From Callorhinchus milii (taxonomy: Eukaryota), in contig NW_024704743.1 of NCBI RefSeq assembly GCF_018977255.1, positions 5,520,001 through 5,584,000 on the forward strand: 64,000 bases of DNA, given 5' to 3'. Below, piece after piece: positions 37,421-51,355 of the stretch. Below the pieces are notes generated by a model. The model was not told the origin of the DNA and did no database searches. It saw only the letters and a program-made list of their open reading frames with translations. A program made the position numbers and the translations under genes. Numbering within the stretch: the stretch's first letter is position 1; every line of letters starts with the position of its first letter.

Positions 37421-37820
37421 TTCTCGTCCTCACCTTTAAGACCATCCATGGCCTTGCCCCCTCCTACCTCTCTGACCTGCTGACTCCCTACCAACCTGCC
37501 CGCTCCCTCCGTTCAGCGGGCGCTGGCCTGCTCCATGTCTCCCACCCGACCCACCCTACCATCGGTGGCCAGGCTTTCAGCCTCTCTGTCCTCACACTCT
37601 GGAACTCCATCCCACGGTCCCTTCGCCTCGCTTCCTCCCTCGCCTCCTTCAAGGCCGGTCTCAAGAGCCTTCTCTTCGACCGTGCCTTTGGTCTCCCTCC
37701 CACCTCTCTGCCTTCCCTCACCCCAACACCACCCCTCCCCCATGCTCGGGCCCCAACACCTGACTGTTCAGCGCTTTGGGACGTCCTCCCGACGTGAAAT
37801 GCGCTCTATACATGTAATTT
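37421..37820 (+). mobile_element. L2 3' fragment
   Basis: ILVLTFKTIHGLAPSYLSDLL..GGQAFS..LWNSIP..FKAGLKSLLF; tail. Confidence 0.95.
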
Positions 37821-38889
37821 TGTTGTTGTTGGTGTTGGTTTAGGTGAAGATAAAGGCTGAAATGGACCAAGTTACCAGCATGTATTAATAATTTCCTACG
37901 TGGTGTTAGGCTGTATTTCCCATTGCTTCCAGTGACCCCACTGACTTTCTGGCTGCAGCTGTGATTCACAACAATGGTAATCTGACAGACTGAGGTCCAT
38001 TGTCCAGATGCAGTAATTCATCTCAACCGATCTAACGCTTGCAAAGTCTAATCACAATTTGACTTTATTCTGGGAACATAGCATTTGCATCTAATAAAGC
38101 GCTGGCTGTGAAAACCATCTATTAAAATCATTTGAAACATCTTTCCAGACCATAACCCTTTATCAGAAACCAATCTAATATCACTAAATGTACTGGAACT
38201 CACAGTAAGATGCAGCCACACAGTAACTCATTGTGTGGCTGTAATCCTTTTCCACTGAAGACAAGGTTTTCTACTCAACTCATCAAGTTAGTAGTAGTAA
38301 CACTCTGTCTCTTCCTCATTCCCATTAAAAGCAATGACTGGCATAACAACATGGTTTTGTTCAGCCAGATGTCTGACACATGTGGAAACCCATTACCATG
38401 CTTAAGAGTATCCAATGCAAACTACTCCGAGTTCCACATATGTGTGGACATTTCTGTTTGTCTAACATGAAATGCACACTCTCTCTTCACAGGAACACAG
38501 CATGCTCAGACAGCTTGGGTACAGATTGGGCAATAGTTTGGGGATATGGGATGTTGTTGGCCAAGATTATATTCGGCAATCCCCACTCCCTCTATTCTTC
38601 TACGTTCCAAACAATGTTAGTGGACTCGCCTGGTGAAGCCGTATGAGATGTGGAGAATCACTTCCTGGTCACCTTTGTGCCAATGGTTATGTGTCAATTT
38701 TACTGTAAAAAGCAAACACAGCTTAATCTCAGGCTCATGATTCATATCCTGTAATCCTTTCTCAAAATGTAAATCAACATGTGAATACCTTTGGCCCTTT
38801 TCTGTAATTCTCTTTTTCACATTGCAAGCAAACCAAATCAATATATCACTTGGAAAGTCTTCCTTTTTGTAGAAGAGATTCATTACAAA

Positions 38890-39120
38890 TGATCATGGCC
38901 TTCAAATCAGAACGGAAGCAGTGAGATCTCAGGTCAGGAAGCACTTCTTCACATGGAGAGTCGTGAAGATGTGGAATGCTCTGACCCAGAATGCTGTAGA
39001 GGTATTAGAAGGTATGGTGAAAGGATAGTCTTTGGGATCAAAGGATCTACCAAGATCTAATAAACGGGTGGACCAGGTTTGATGAGCTGAATGGTCTCCT
39101 CATATCCTTGTTTTCCTATG
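38890..39120 (+). mobile_element. CR1 3' end
   Basis: aggaagcacttcttcacatggagagtcgtgaagatgtggaatgctctg (RKHFFT.RVV..WNAL); UTR gatgagctgaatggtctcct. Confidence 0.75.
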
Positions 39121-39388
39121 ATTTCTATTTTCCTGTTTCCAGCAGTGTCAAGAGCTTTGGAACATCCACTGACATAAATAGCAACAACAAATTACACTTG
39201 TATAGCGCCCTTCACGTCAGAAAGTCATCTCAGGGCTGGACAATCAGGAGTGAAAGGTGCTTTATAAGTATAAATTTGCATCGTATTTTAATAACTGAAC
39301 GAACTTCCCCCAGTACAGAGCACCATCAGGGTAACAAAAGAGCTCAAGCTAGAGGGGCATCAGACCCTCCCCCCAATCTATTTACCCA

Positions 39389-39585
39389 GCAGTGTCCCAC
39401 AAACAGTCGTGAATTGAGTGACCAATTTACCTTTTACTTTTTGAGGGAATTATTACCCCCGGAAAAGCAATCCAGCAATTGACTAGCCCCTGGATTTCTA
39501 TTTACTGCTAGGTAAACAGAAGCATGTGGAGTAAGCAAACTTGCCCAATGTTTCACCCTGCTGGGAATCGAATGCAGGTCTGTCG
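39389..39585 (-). mobile_element. SINE-A long-subfamily fragment
   Basis: Antisense B box, tactgctaggtaaacagaag long segment. Confidence 0.85.
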
Positions 39586-41065
39586 CTGTCGTTTACAGAG
39601 CTGTAAGGACTTACTTAGATAGCTACCTTACACCTGCATCATATACACTTCATATATGTTTCTTCATAGAAAGGTAAAGGAGCTTGGAAGTAACTTGTTT
39701 GTTATCTGTGGACCTTGTTCTTTGGAAAAGCCAATACTAATAAATGGTGCTATGTTTGGGGACTAGATTAATACCTAAAAAGTAATCAGCTATAAGGATA
39801 CAGGGAAGGGCAGGTAAATGGGTCTGAAAGAATTGCTCTTAAAAGAGTCCGGTCGTACATGCTGGGCCGAATAGCCTTCTTCTCTGCTGTACATTTCTTT
39901 ACTTTTATGGTTATATAACATTGAGAAGTCACATTTCAAGGTATTCAATGGATTTGATTTTGACGTATTTGACCTGTTTGTTTCAGAGATATGTTTTCAT
40001 TTCTATTAATAAGGCTGTCATAAAAAGACATTTTTCTGGAAAAAAGAACCCAAGCTGTCCAAACCTAAACATCATTTATGTACGATATTCAACCATCTAA
40101 ACATGCACTTTTGGCATTGAGTTGTCAGTCTTGGGTTGATTTTCAATGTCAGCTGCTGTCCTTTTGCATTAGGATGATGGAATAATTAGAGAGGTGTTGT
40201 TTTCATTTACCAGACCGACATTTCATTTATCTTTGATTGAATTTTAAAATGCATTTCTGAACCCATTAAGTAGAGTTTTTTGTGAGCATGTCTCCTGCCT
40301 GTCAATCTGTAAATCATTCAATTGTGGCAATGCAATAATGAAAAAGAATTTCAGAAAGAAAATTAGCTTTTGGACCTTTTCAACCATGCATTACGCCAAT
40401 GTGAATACTCCTATTAAACACATATTTCAGTCTGAGTCGGGTTGGACTTGAGGAGTGCCTAGATAATGAGCTCTCTCGGAGGGAAGGGTTGATTCATGCA
40501 TACAATAATCCTTGCATTTGATATAGCAATGTCTTGGAGTGCTTCTCAGGATTTATTGTAAAGTGTAGTGACTGTGTATCGTGTAGGCAAACTCAGCAGC
40601 CAATTTGCACACAGCAATACCTATATATAGTTTTGAACTGAGGCCCATGTGAGGAGAAATGGGTATTCTTTTCTTTCTCCATGATTGGTTTTGCTGGTCA
40701 AGTAGACTTTGAGAGGGCTTTTCTCTCAGGGAAATGTGCCTATTGGAGCAAAACCCATGACAAGTGATCACATCTCATGGTCCAAATCACCTTTTCTCCA
40801 TCTGTGCTTATTATATATTTTTGTTCCTTTCCTAGTTTAAGTAATCACAATACAGTATTTACTGCACAGTGTTGCAGTGCACACTTTGCAGAACGTGGAA
40901 AAGATATTATTTGATTACTTGTTTCTTGCATATAATGCAGAATGTTTAACATTTGCTTTTATAAATCATTTTGTAATATTAACCAGTGTAACCTTGTTGA
41001 CTTTTACACATTTTACACGTTTCTTCTGTCTGAAGTTGCCTTCTATTTCTAACTTGTGCCTCCAA

Positions 41066-41328
41066 GGGTGTTTGATTCCCGGCAGGGTGAAATCTTGGGC
41101 AAGTTTCCTTACTCCACACGCCTGATAATAATCCCTCAAGAGAAAAAAAAATAATGATTTGGTCACTGAATCCACGACTGTTTGTGGAACACTGCTGTGC
41201 ACAATTGGCTGCCACGTTTCACCCATAAAAATACAGTCAATTCACTTTACAGTATATTCTGTGAAGCACTTTGAGACATCTAGAAGACTTGAAAAGCGCT
41301 ATATCAAATGCAAGGATTATTGTTATTG
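41066..41328 (+). mobile_element. SINE-A, short subfamily, 5'-truncated
   Basis: gattcccggcagggtgaaatcttgggcaag..ccacacgcctgataataatccctc..tail. Confidence 0.93.
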
Positions 41329-41944
41329 TACCCATTATTGCCATCATTTTCATGTGAGAAGACAATGAGGACTAAAGCATGATGATTTATAATAGAATTG
41401 GAGAATTCCTTCAGTTTTGCTCTTCTGAGAGCTAAACATATTTAATGTCAGACCACGAGAACCCCATTTTTAATAATAATAATCCTTAATAATCCTTGCA
41501 TTTGATACAGGGCCTTTCATGTCTGGAGGACCTCTCAAAGTACTTTGCAGGATTTACTGTAATGTGCAGTGATGACGTATTTAGTAGCTTGCCAAATTCA
41601 GCACACTCTGAAATGCTAAAAAAATTAGAGTAAATCTACAGGCAAATGGATATTCTCCACATCAGAACCTCGATTTGATTCCCAGTCGATTGTTGAGTAA
41701 GCTGATTCTTTAGTGAAAAAATATATTTACACTATTTATTGAAGAATCTGTTAGAAATTGTCACATTGTAGATGCCATTGAGCATCAGGCGTCCAATCGA
41801 TTTTGGAAGAATTGGACTCAATCTCATCCTCACCCCTTACCCACAAAATCATGAGTTCCAAAAAAAGTCACTGGTTAATAATCGGCAACATGCATAGGAA
41901 GCTTGGTTGAAACTTGTTAGAATTTTTCCCCAGCCCAAAGGGCA

Positions 41945-42336
41945 TCAACAACGACAACTTGGATTTATATAGCGCCCTCCACGCCGGACGGCATCTCAGA
42001 GCGCTTCACAGTAATGGATACCAGGGCCGAGCCAGGGGGAGGGGGGGGGAAGGTGACCAAAGGCGCGGTCGAAAAGAAAGGTCTTCAGCCGAGATCTGAA
42101 AATAGGAAGAGAGGGGGCGAGCCGCAGGGAGTGAGGAAGGGAGTTCCAGAGCCTCGGGGTGTAATGGCTGAAGGCACGGCTGCTGAGGGTGGAGCAGAGG
42201 ACTCGGGGGCAAGGACGAGGCCAGACCCGGTGGAACGAAGGTAACGGGCACTGTTTTGAGGAGAGAGGAGGTCAGAGAGTAGGGGGGGTGCAGAGGAGTG
42301 GAGGGATTTGAAGACAAGGGTGAGGATCTTGAAGTC
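41945..42336 (-). mobile_element. L2 3' fragment
   Basis: DFKILTLVFKSLHSSAPPLLSDLL..LRS. Confidence 0.9.
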
Positions 42337-42339
42337 AGA

Positions 42340-42551
42340 GTTTCTCCTTGTGTCCTGGCCAACAATCCCCCATATAAAATTGGTCACTCACTTCATGGCT
42401 GTTCAGGGGCCATTGCTATGCATTGACATGGATGCAACATTTCGCCTACAAAATACACAGTCACTGCACTTTTCATTGTATCCTGTGAAGTGCTTTGAAA
42501 GATCTCGATGATGTGATAATGAGTTATATCAAATGCGAGGATTATTATTAT
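42340..42551 (+). mobile_element. SINE-B 3' half
   Basis: tcctggccaacaatcccc..cagtcactgcactt..tail. Confidence 0.75.
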
Positions 42552-43489
42552 CTCTCCCCCCCCTCCCCCACACACCTGAATGTCGACAAATACAAAATAT
42601 AATTTTTGATAAATAAATAAATCAACAGACTGTCATCTTGCTGTGAGGACATAGCCTTAATTTCTTCAACTTCATTCTGTGAGCAAACTGATGACATCTG
42701 CCAATGTCATGCTTCATTAGTATTCATACCTGCTTCAGTTGGTATGTGGTTTAAGGGGACAAATTTGGAAACATTATTAAACATACTGTGAGTTTGTCTA
42801 ACGATCATGTGTCTCAGGTATGCAGGTAGGCGGTGTATTTCATTTTGCAAAACAGTCTGAGTCAATAAGGTTGCCAGCAATATATTTTCTTCCTATTTTC
42901 ATATTCAGATTTAGAAGGTATACTTGGCTGAATGAGTCATGGTGCGTGTCATCAAGAGAGTACGTAGGAGAGATTCCATATATTGAGTCATAAAGACAGC
43001 TGTGCGGGCAAAGACAAAGTTCATGAATATTAGGAGCCCACACCCCCCCCCCACCCCACGCATCCCAGATGTCTGCTATTTCTCCCTTAGGCTTTGATGT
43101 AATTTCAATTGATGGGGAATACGGAGTACAAGGTCAAGATATGACAGTGTAAAGTCCTCAGAGTATGAAACATGATTCAAATGGTGAGTTAAGTCTGGAA
43201 GGCTGGTTTGGTTCAAAGTTAGTGAAAGACACGAAAATAGAATTTGTTGGCTAGCTGTTGACAGATGTCTCGCAAGTGAGAATTCCATTCAACATCTGTA
43301 ACATCCTCCCAAAGTGCTGCTGAACTGAATAGATTGGGAAACATCCTGAGATGGAACATTTAGTATATAAACATATGTTTTTGTTGGTGTCTTTCAAAGG
43401 TTTGAAATTAATCTCGCCGGGAGTTCGCAATGTGCAAATTGTCTGCTGCGGTTTTCCTCCGAAATACAGTCACAACACTATATTACACT

Positions 43490-43935
43490 GCATCCATCCT
43501 CCACCCTTCCACACCCCTCCCCCGCCCACCCCCACACTCCACCGCTCCTGACCCCAATTCCCAGCTCGGGTCCCATGCCCCTGACTGTCTAATTCCCTGG
43601 GACGTCTTTCCGACGTGAAGGGCATTACACGAGTGTAAGTTGTTGCTGTTGTTGCTGCATCCGTCCTTCGGATGAGACTGAGACTCCATCTACCTATTCA
43701 GATGGACGGTAAAGCTCCCATGGCACCATTCGAAAAGGAAAGGGTGTTTCCCCAGGTGTTCTGGCCAACAATCCCCAAATAAAATTATTAGTTGTTCACT
43801 TCATGTTATGCACAAATTGGCTGCGGCATTCGCCCACAAAACACACAGTCACTCCACTTTACAGTATATGCTGTGAAGCGCTTTGGGACATCCTTCCAAT
43901 GTGAAAGAGGCTATGCCAAACTCAAATATTATAAT
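43490..43935 (+). mobile_element. L2 tail followed directly by SINE-B body
   Basis: gggacgtctttccgacgtgaaggg..(ttg)n then ccgtccttcggatgagac..cccatggcac..tail. Confidence 0.75.
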
Positions 43936-44820
43936 TAATAATGATGATAATAATAATTAATAAAACTTGCCGTAAAATTTAAGATTAAGGCCAGCTCTAA
44001 TTTGGAAACCATTTTACTGCAGAAAGCTGCTTCAAATCATGACCAAATATATATTTTTGCAAATATTCTAAAACAACAACCTATACGTCCCCCAAAACCT
44101 ATAGAATCTGCACAATCTATAGTTATGAGACAATAGTCTTGAATACCACAGACACTGAGAAATTTTACAGCTTATGAAGCTTGCACAGGCATTAGAGCAT
44201 GACTTAGGAGGAAACAATGGAGAAATTGTGGTGTATTTTGATACTTGTCTTTCATTTCCCTCATAGTTCCATTCTCATTGGTAAACAAAAACAACTCCAC
44301 TGTAAAATTGCGTGGTCATTAGAAGATAGAGGTATACCTTTCAGGCCATCACTTGGTTGATTCCTTCACAACTAAAGGCTACTGCATCTATTTGTAAATC
44401 GGTGAAGCACGAAATTAGATATACAGTCATGCAACGGTGGTAGAAGGCAACGGGGCTTTATTAGAAGAACATTCACCATTTACTGAGTTTCATGTGTGCA
44501 CAACCTTGCATTGGGAAACAGAGATACTGTGTTGCTGTACAGTACAATACATTTTACATTCTATAGAGTCTTTCATGTAATAGAAAGTTCCCAACATGTT
44601 TCGCAGTCATGAATAGACATCCATGGTGGGGGTGAGAGACAAGTGTGAAGAGTGGAAAGAAAATCAAAAAGGGGAAAGATAGGGGTGTTAGGCTTGGCCT
44701 AGCTTACTAACTCATTTCAAATTATGAAAGACTTAAAATAAGAAATACCGTATCACTAACACAAGGAGGCATTTGATTTCGGGGTGACTCATTGTTCATT
44801 GGTACAACAACAACAAATTA

Positions 44821-45125
44821 AATAATCCCATAATAATCCTTGCATTTGATATAGTGCTTTTCACATCTTCTAGACGTTTCAAAGTGCTTCACAGAATATA
44901 CTGTAAAGTGAATTGATTGTATATTTGTGGGCGATACGTGGCAGCCAATTGCACACAGCAATGTCCTACAAACACTTGTGAATTGAAATGACCAATTTTT
45001 TTTTGAGGGATTATTATTAGGCGTGTGGAGTGAGGAAACTTACCCAAGGTTTCACCCTGCCAGGAATTGAACCCAGGTCTCTCGCTTGCAAAGCGAGTGC
45101 TCTAACCACTGAGCTACAGGACTCC
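44821..45125 (-). mobile_element. SINE-A, full length, short subfamily
   Basis: Antisense ggagtcctgtagctcagtggttagagcactcgctttgcaagcgagagacctgggttcaattcc. Confidence 0.96.
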
Positions 45126-45464
45126 ACTTGCTGATTCTCAGAAAGGGAAGGATCTAAGCAGAAGTATTCACCTCCAGGTTGCTCTTATAAAGGTTCAAGC
45201 ATATTTTTGTGAAGCCATTGCTTGAGTAGCCTGGAGGTGAATACATTGGGATTAAATGATATGGCAAAAACTGTTGGAATATGCTCAATGGGCTGAATGG
45301 CCTTCTCCTGTTTCTGTTTTCCTCTGATGTTCCTATCCTGAGCACATCCTTTCAGTGACATACCAGGCTTGGCTGAAATGGTCACCTCTAGTTTTAGCTT
45401 GTTTTAATTTTGTCTTAAAAGTAATTGAGGAAAACTCCTAAAATCAGTATTTGATTTCTATGGT

Positions 45465-45765
45465 TAATAATAACAATTCTCGTATTTTAATATTGTGCCT
45501 TATCACACTGTCAAGACATCTCCAAGCGCTTCACAGGATTTTTACTGTGATATGCAGTGACTGTTTTTTTGGCCAACGTGACAGGCAATTTGCACACAGC
45601 AATGTCCCACAGTCATGAAACGAATGACCAATGTTATTTGAGGGATTGTTGGCTATGAGAAACTCCGTTCTTTTCTCAAGCAGTGCAATAGGATCTTTAA
45701 CTTCCACCCAGAAAGGGGATGAGACCTTGGATTAATGTCTCATTCAAAGAAAGTTGCCTCCAACA
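45465..45765 (-). mobile_element. SINE-B, 5'-truncated
   Basis: Tail, caatttgcacacagcaatgtcccac, gatctttaac..aatgtctca. Confidence 0.7.
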
Positions 45766-47349
45766 AGCAAGAATTATTATCCTTATTTTATAAATAATTC
45801 CTCATTGGAACGATATATCCTCCGATAAATAATTCAACCACGACACTTCCATTTGACAAAGGCACAGTTTAATTTTCCTCTTTTTGAATCTTGTCACACT
45901 ATTAGCACATTTCAATTACACTTTCTCAATGTCTTCAGCCTCAGAAACACTACAACATCTTTTCCCTTTCTTCTCTAGTACCACTTGAATCATTTAAGAC
46001 TTGTCCAAGTGAACAGAGATACTGTGCCAATTTAATATTGTTTTACAGCTGAAATAAGACAACCCAAATTATAAGTTGGGGTGAGTTTGTACCAAGGTAA
46101 TATTGTATATAATATACACACAGGATATACGGTATGGGCTTTTTTGTAAACTTACAAATAATCTTTCCTTTGTACCACAAGAAACTGTAATAGATTAATA
46201 CCTCTGCAATAAATGAATTGTAACTTATTAATTAGGTTGAAACTGAGAAGAGAAAAACACAGTGTCACTGTCTAGAGACACCTCATCGGGTTCTCAGACT
46301 ATCAGACTGTTAGCTATCATCCAATAAAACACATGTACAAACTGTATGAGAGCCTCAGTAGTTCATCATGAACACTGAGCACCATCAGCCTAATGAAACA
46401 GCAATATTGTATTTACCTGGGTAAGTGCAAACTCTCATTAAGATTTCACACCGACTAGTTCTCTTGCTCCTTCAGATACTTGTTATGCTCCATTAACTGA
46501 CCTTTCTTACTATATTATTGCCTTTAATGCACAAGGCTCGAAATGTTTGATGAGTAAATGTCACTGCTTAAAAAAATAATTTTATATGCAACATACTGTG
46601 AATTGGGTATCTTAATGGGATATTTATTTTTGCCACATTTATGCTATCTGAAAAGCTATAGATGTACAATTACCGCAATTTTTGTTCTGCATTTTTCTGT
46701 GACGTGTTCATAGTGAAGAAACAGCATTGAGTCCTGAGTGAGGTCGGGTAGGGATCAGAGCAGAGCACTGAAGTGAGTTCAAAACAGGGACAGAGCTGAT
46801 GCTGAGCACTGTTGACAGAAAGTGGACCTGAGTATTGAGTACCTGAGCCCCCATCCTCTAGAACTCCATCCTGGTGTACCTTTGCTTCGCCCCTTCCTTC
46901 ACCTCCTTCAAGTTCTGCCTCAATGCTTTCCTTTCCAACTTGACCCTCCCCCGTCAATCCCCTTGCCCTCCAACCCTCCCGAATTCAACCCCCAGTTCGG
47001 GTTCAAATGATTGTCCAGCACCTTGAGTTATCCTCTCTATGCAAAAGGCACTATATCAATGCAATTTACTGTTGTTATCCAGTATCAACTGGGAAACTTC
47101 ATTCAATAGGATATTGGATAATTTTAGGCCAAAGCAGTGATAGCATGGGACTATGGGAAAAAATTATTTGGTCCATCAGTCCATCCAATAAAGCAGAAAT
47201 TTCTGAATATTCTTTTACCTCCATACCTAAAATATCCAGTGTCAAATTGCTTCCTTCCCTCTACAGATAATATTTTCTTCCCCTCACCTTCACTCACTAA
47301 TGCCTCAGCAACCCAGAGGTCTCTGTGAACTAATTCTTCATGCATCTAT

Positions 47350-47725
47350 TCATAGAGCATTGCAGCACAGAAAGAGGCCATTCAGCCCTTCGTGCCATTT
47401 CCCAGCTCTAACCCCATAGCCCTGCAAAAATTTGCCTTTTCAAGTACATATCCAATTCCTTTTTGAAAGTACTATTGAATCTGCTTCCACCAAGCTTTCA
47501 GGCAGTGCATTCCAGGTCGTAACAACTCTCTGGGTAAAATAAATTCTCATGGTCTCCCCTCTGGTTCTTTTGCCAATTATCTTAAAACTGTGTCTCCTGG
47601 TTACCGATCTACTTGCCAGAGGAAACAGTTTCTCCTGATTTACTCTATCAAAACCCCTCATAATTTTGAACACCTCTATTAAATCTTCCCTTAACCTTCT
47701 CTGCTCTAAGGAGAACAATCCCAGT
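47350..47725 (-). mobile_element. CR1 ORF2 C-terminus and 3' UTR
   Basis: FSLEQRRLREDLIEVFKIMRGFDRV..TRRHSFKI..FTQRVVTTWNALP. Confidence 0.95.
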
Positions 47726-48329
47726 CGGTCTCTTGTCTCCAGTCTCTAGTCTCTATCCTAATACAGTTCTCAAGGAGACACTTAGCCAGTTTTTTTTTGT
47801 AGGAGTTAATTGACTCAGAATCAAATGTTTTTTCTTGGGAAACCATCCCTAATGTTAGTGTGAAGACTATAATTACATTCGTTGGGTACGGTTGGTGGCT
47901 TATTGCAACAATTAGCTCCCTGCTGCACAGCCACTGTATTCAACGTAAAATTCTAGGAATGCTACAGGCATGGTTAATATTCCCATAGATGAAAGACAGT
48001 AACATTTCACTCCCATTGGGTAAATTGACTGCGCTATTAAAATGGGGCAATGCACGGAAATAATGCATGAAATGCATTGGAGCTGCAATACAGGGTGACA
48101 CCTCCAACCCCATTATAATCTCAGGTTTCAGAGCCATAAAATTAGCCGTGGTTCTTTACTGGGCCCACGAATGAAAATGGTCGCAGTTCCAACTTCTTGG
48201 TCATCAGGCCGTTGCTGACATCACTTCCGGTTCTGACATGAATTTGCGGGTTTCTGTATATCGTGCACATGTGTCAGCAGCCGGACAGTCCATGCAGGAA
48301 GTCAGAAGCAAACGATACTTCCAGTAACC

Positions 48330-49025
48330 ACAAGATCACACCTGGTGTTTCCCAGGCCTCTGTTCTTGGCCCTCTCCTTTTCAATCTTTACATGCTCCCG
48401 CTTAGGGATATCATCTGGAGATATGGGGTTAGCTTCCACATGTATACGGATGCCACCCAACTCTATCTCTCAGCCTCCATTCTCGACTGCAGGACGACTG
48501 CAGTCCTGGCAGATTATCTGTCAAACATGAATGAGAGCCAACTTTCCTACAGTTGAATGTTGACAAGACCAAGGTCCTTCTGCTTGGATACCGTCAGTGC
48601 CATCTCACCTCAGGTGCTGACAGCATCACTATTCACGATGCACTCTCCATCTCACTGAATCTTGGCATCTTGTTCTACCCTCAACTGTCTATTAAACCTC
48701 ACATCTGTGCCATTACCTTTTTTGCCTTCCCCCACCTCCGCAACATAGCCATTATCGTCAGTCAGGCCTTCAGCCTCTCTGTTCCACCCTCTGGAATTCC
48801 ATCCAGGAGCTTCTGGATCTTGTCGTTTCTGGTGCTTCCTTCAAGGCTCATCTTAAAACCTTACTTTTTGACTGGCTGTCAGTCATCTTCCCTCCACTAG
48901 CCTCTTGCCCTCATCCCTCTCTGATCCCAATCCACAGCTTGAGTGCAAATTCCTCATTGTCCATCACCTTAGGACGTGCTCCTGATGTGAAAGGCGCTAT
49001 ACAAATGCAATTTGTTGTGGTTGTT
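48330..49025 (+). mobile_element. Degraded, internally deleted L2 RT and 3' fragment
   Basis: [40 protein letters not shown] joined to QAFSLS; tail. Confidence 0.9.
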
Positions 49026-49669
49026 TGGATGAAAACAACTCTTCGTCCTTCTGATCTTGTCTCTACAGAACACCTACCCTACTGTTCTTCCACAGCATCA
49101 AGCTGCTTTTTAATTAAGTCCAATGTTCTACTCTCAGTCAACCCTTCCTGGCAATCAGTTCCAATCATTAATGACCCTCTGAATAAAGAAAAACTTCCTG
49201 AGATCTGTAATTAAATTACCCTTTGTAACTCTAAACCTAGGTCCTCCTGTTCTATCGTCTTGAAGCGGTCCAGAGGAGATTTGTTTTATGCAGGAATGTG
49301 TGCTCTAATGAGGTGCTTTATATTATAACATATACATCTTCAGATAAATTTGTAACTGATGTAAGTATAGAAATATAAAATGACAAATCCTCAACGTTCA
49401 TTCAAACATAACATTTAAGTACAAAATCACCGATTGTAAGCATAAACCTCTCCCATTTAAATTACATTTCTTTTGGCCAGCCAGGTGTTTGATACATGCG
49501 GAAACCCATTCAAAACATTAAGTAATATGACTTTGAAAAGGCTGCACATTTCAGGTAACTACGGAGTATGGGGTGTTATTATTCCTACCAGTAATATTAA
49601 CGATACCAGGAAGAAAGTAGCAGTTTAAAAATTAATGGGCTTGAAGTTTCTGTCTGCATTCCACATGAT

Positions 49670-49890
49670 AATAATAATCCTAATAATAATCCTTGCATTT
49701 GATATAGCGCTTTTCACGTCGGGAGGACGTCCCAAAGCGCTTCACAGAACACACTGTAAAGTGAATTGACTGTATATTTGTGGGCGAACGCGGCAGCCAA
49801 TTGCGCACAGCAATGTCCCACAAACAGTCATAGATTGAAAATGACCAATTTATTATTGTTTTTGGTTTTTGGAGGGATTATTATTATTAT
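49670..49890 (-). mobile_element. SINE-A 3' half
   Basis: Near-identical to 13759-13975. Confidence 0.93.
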
Positions 49891-49894
49891 GATG

Positions 49895-49990
49895 CCTTTA
49901 GCTGACACTAAATTGGGGGGGGGGGGGGGATGGATGGCGGCGAGTGGGGGTGATGCATAATGAAGACAATTGCAAAAAGATCCAGGAAGA
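49895..49990 (+). mobile_element. CR1 RT micro-fragment with poly-G
   Basis: ADTKLGG...NEDNCKKIQED resembles CR1 FADDTKLGG..E...LQ.D. Confidence 0.5.
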
Positions 49991-50134
49991 TGTAAAATAA
50001 GCTCACAAAATGTTTGGATTTGGCTGGGGTGTTCAGTTTTACACTGGGTAATTAATTTACCAAGTGGGGCATTTGGGATAACTGAAAACTGGCCCAAAGT
50101 GATCGTCACTCATTCCTACTCCTCTATCTTTATG

Positions 50135-50310
50135 TATAATAATAATAAAAATCCTTGCTTTTGATACAAAGCCTTATCATGTCATTCAACATCTCAAAGC
50201 ACTTCACAGTATATACTATAAAGTGAATCAACTGTATTTTGTGGACAAAATGTGCCAGCCAATTGCGCACAGCAGTGTCCACAGTCGTGGACTGAGCAAC
50301 CAAGTTATTA
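50135..50310 (-). mobile_element. SINE-A 3' half
   Basis: Tail plus cagccaattgcgcacagcagtgtcc. Confidence 0.85.
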
Positions 50311-50950
50311 TCATCGAATCCATTTTTTAGAGGAAATCTTCCCAATCGAAAACTTACGATTTTTTTCTTGTGTTTTTTTTTGGTTGGAATCGTTTGGCTG
50401 CTGTGCCATTCCGAGTGCTAGCAATCACTTCTATTTATAGGTGTGGTTTTGTGTGGATCAATGGTGAAGACTGGTGTGATGCTTGTTATTGATTACCAGC
50501 TGGTCCAGTTCATTTATTGAGGAATGATATATGTTAATCTATCACAGTAGTTTGGTAATGCCCTTGCCATGTATTGACAGCTGAAGACAGCGTGACAGTT
50601 TGTAACACAGCACACTACATACCATTCTCCTGTTATAGCTGTAGAAGCTAGTGGTCTGAATAATTAAGATACATTTGAAGGAGAAAGATACACAAAGGAG
50701 ATCCTTTCCACTCAATGTTTAATGCCACCCATACATTCTAAGCGAGGCACCTTTTTTTCTGCTGCTATCAAATTGATGGCTAGCCTTGATTCTCCAATAG
50801 TTTTTCTTGCCTGATGCCTAAAAACAGCCTTTTTCTTTGGTGATTTTCTTGATATCAATGAAACATTTGAAAAAAATGTCACTTATTCCCATTCAGTTAC
50901 TAGTCAGTCTTGTGAAGCACTTTGAGACGTTCTCCCGACATGAAAGATGC

Positions 50951-51012
50951 TATATATGTATATATATATATATATACAGATTTAATAATCTATATATATA
51001 GAGAGAGAGAGA
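50951..51012 (+). repeat. (TA)n / (GA)n microsatellite
   Basis: Direct reading. Confidence 0.9.
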
Positions 51013-51024
51013 TTTAATATATCC

Positions 51025-51355
51025 AGTATAGTGCTTAGGGTGTGCTGCATTGTCAGAGGTGCTGCTTTTCAGGTGAAATGTTAAACCGAGGTCCCATCTG
51101 CCAGTCCAGGTGGATGCTAAAGATTCTATGGCACTAGTTCAAAAAGAGAAAGGAGTTTCTCCTGGTATCCTGGCCAACAAGCCCCCAAAACAAATTGGTC
51201 ACTCACCCTATCGCTGTTTATCGAACTTTCTGTGCATAAGCTGGCTGCCGCATTTGCCCATGAAATACATACGGTCACAACAAGTTACAGCAGATCCTTT
51301 GAGACATCTCAACGATGTGATAGGATGCTATATCAAATATTGTTATTTTATTATT
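51025..51355 (+). mobile_element. SINE-B, 5'-truncated
   Basis: gtgctgcattgtcagaggtgctg..ttaaaccgaggtcccatctg..tcctggccaacaa. Confidence 0.8.
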
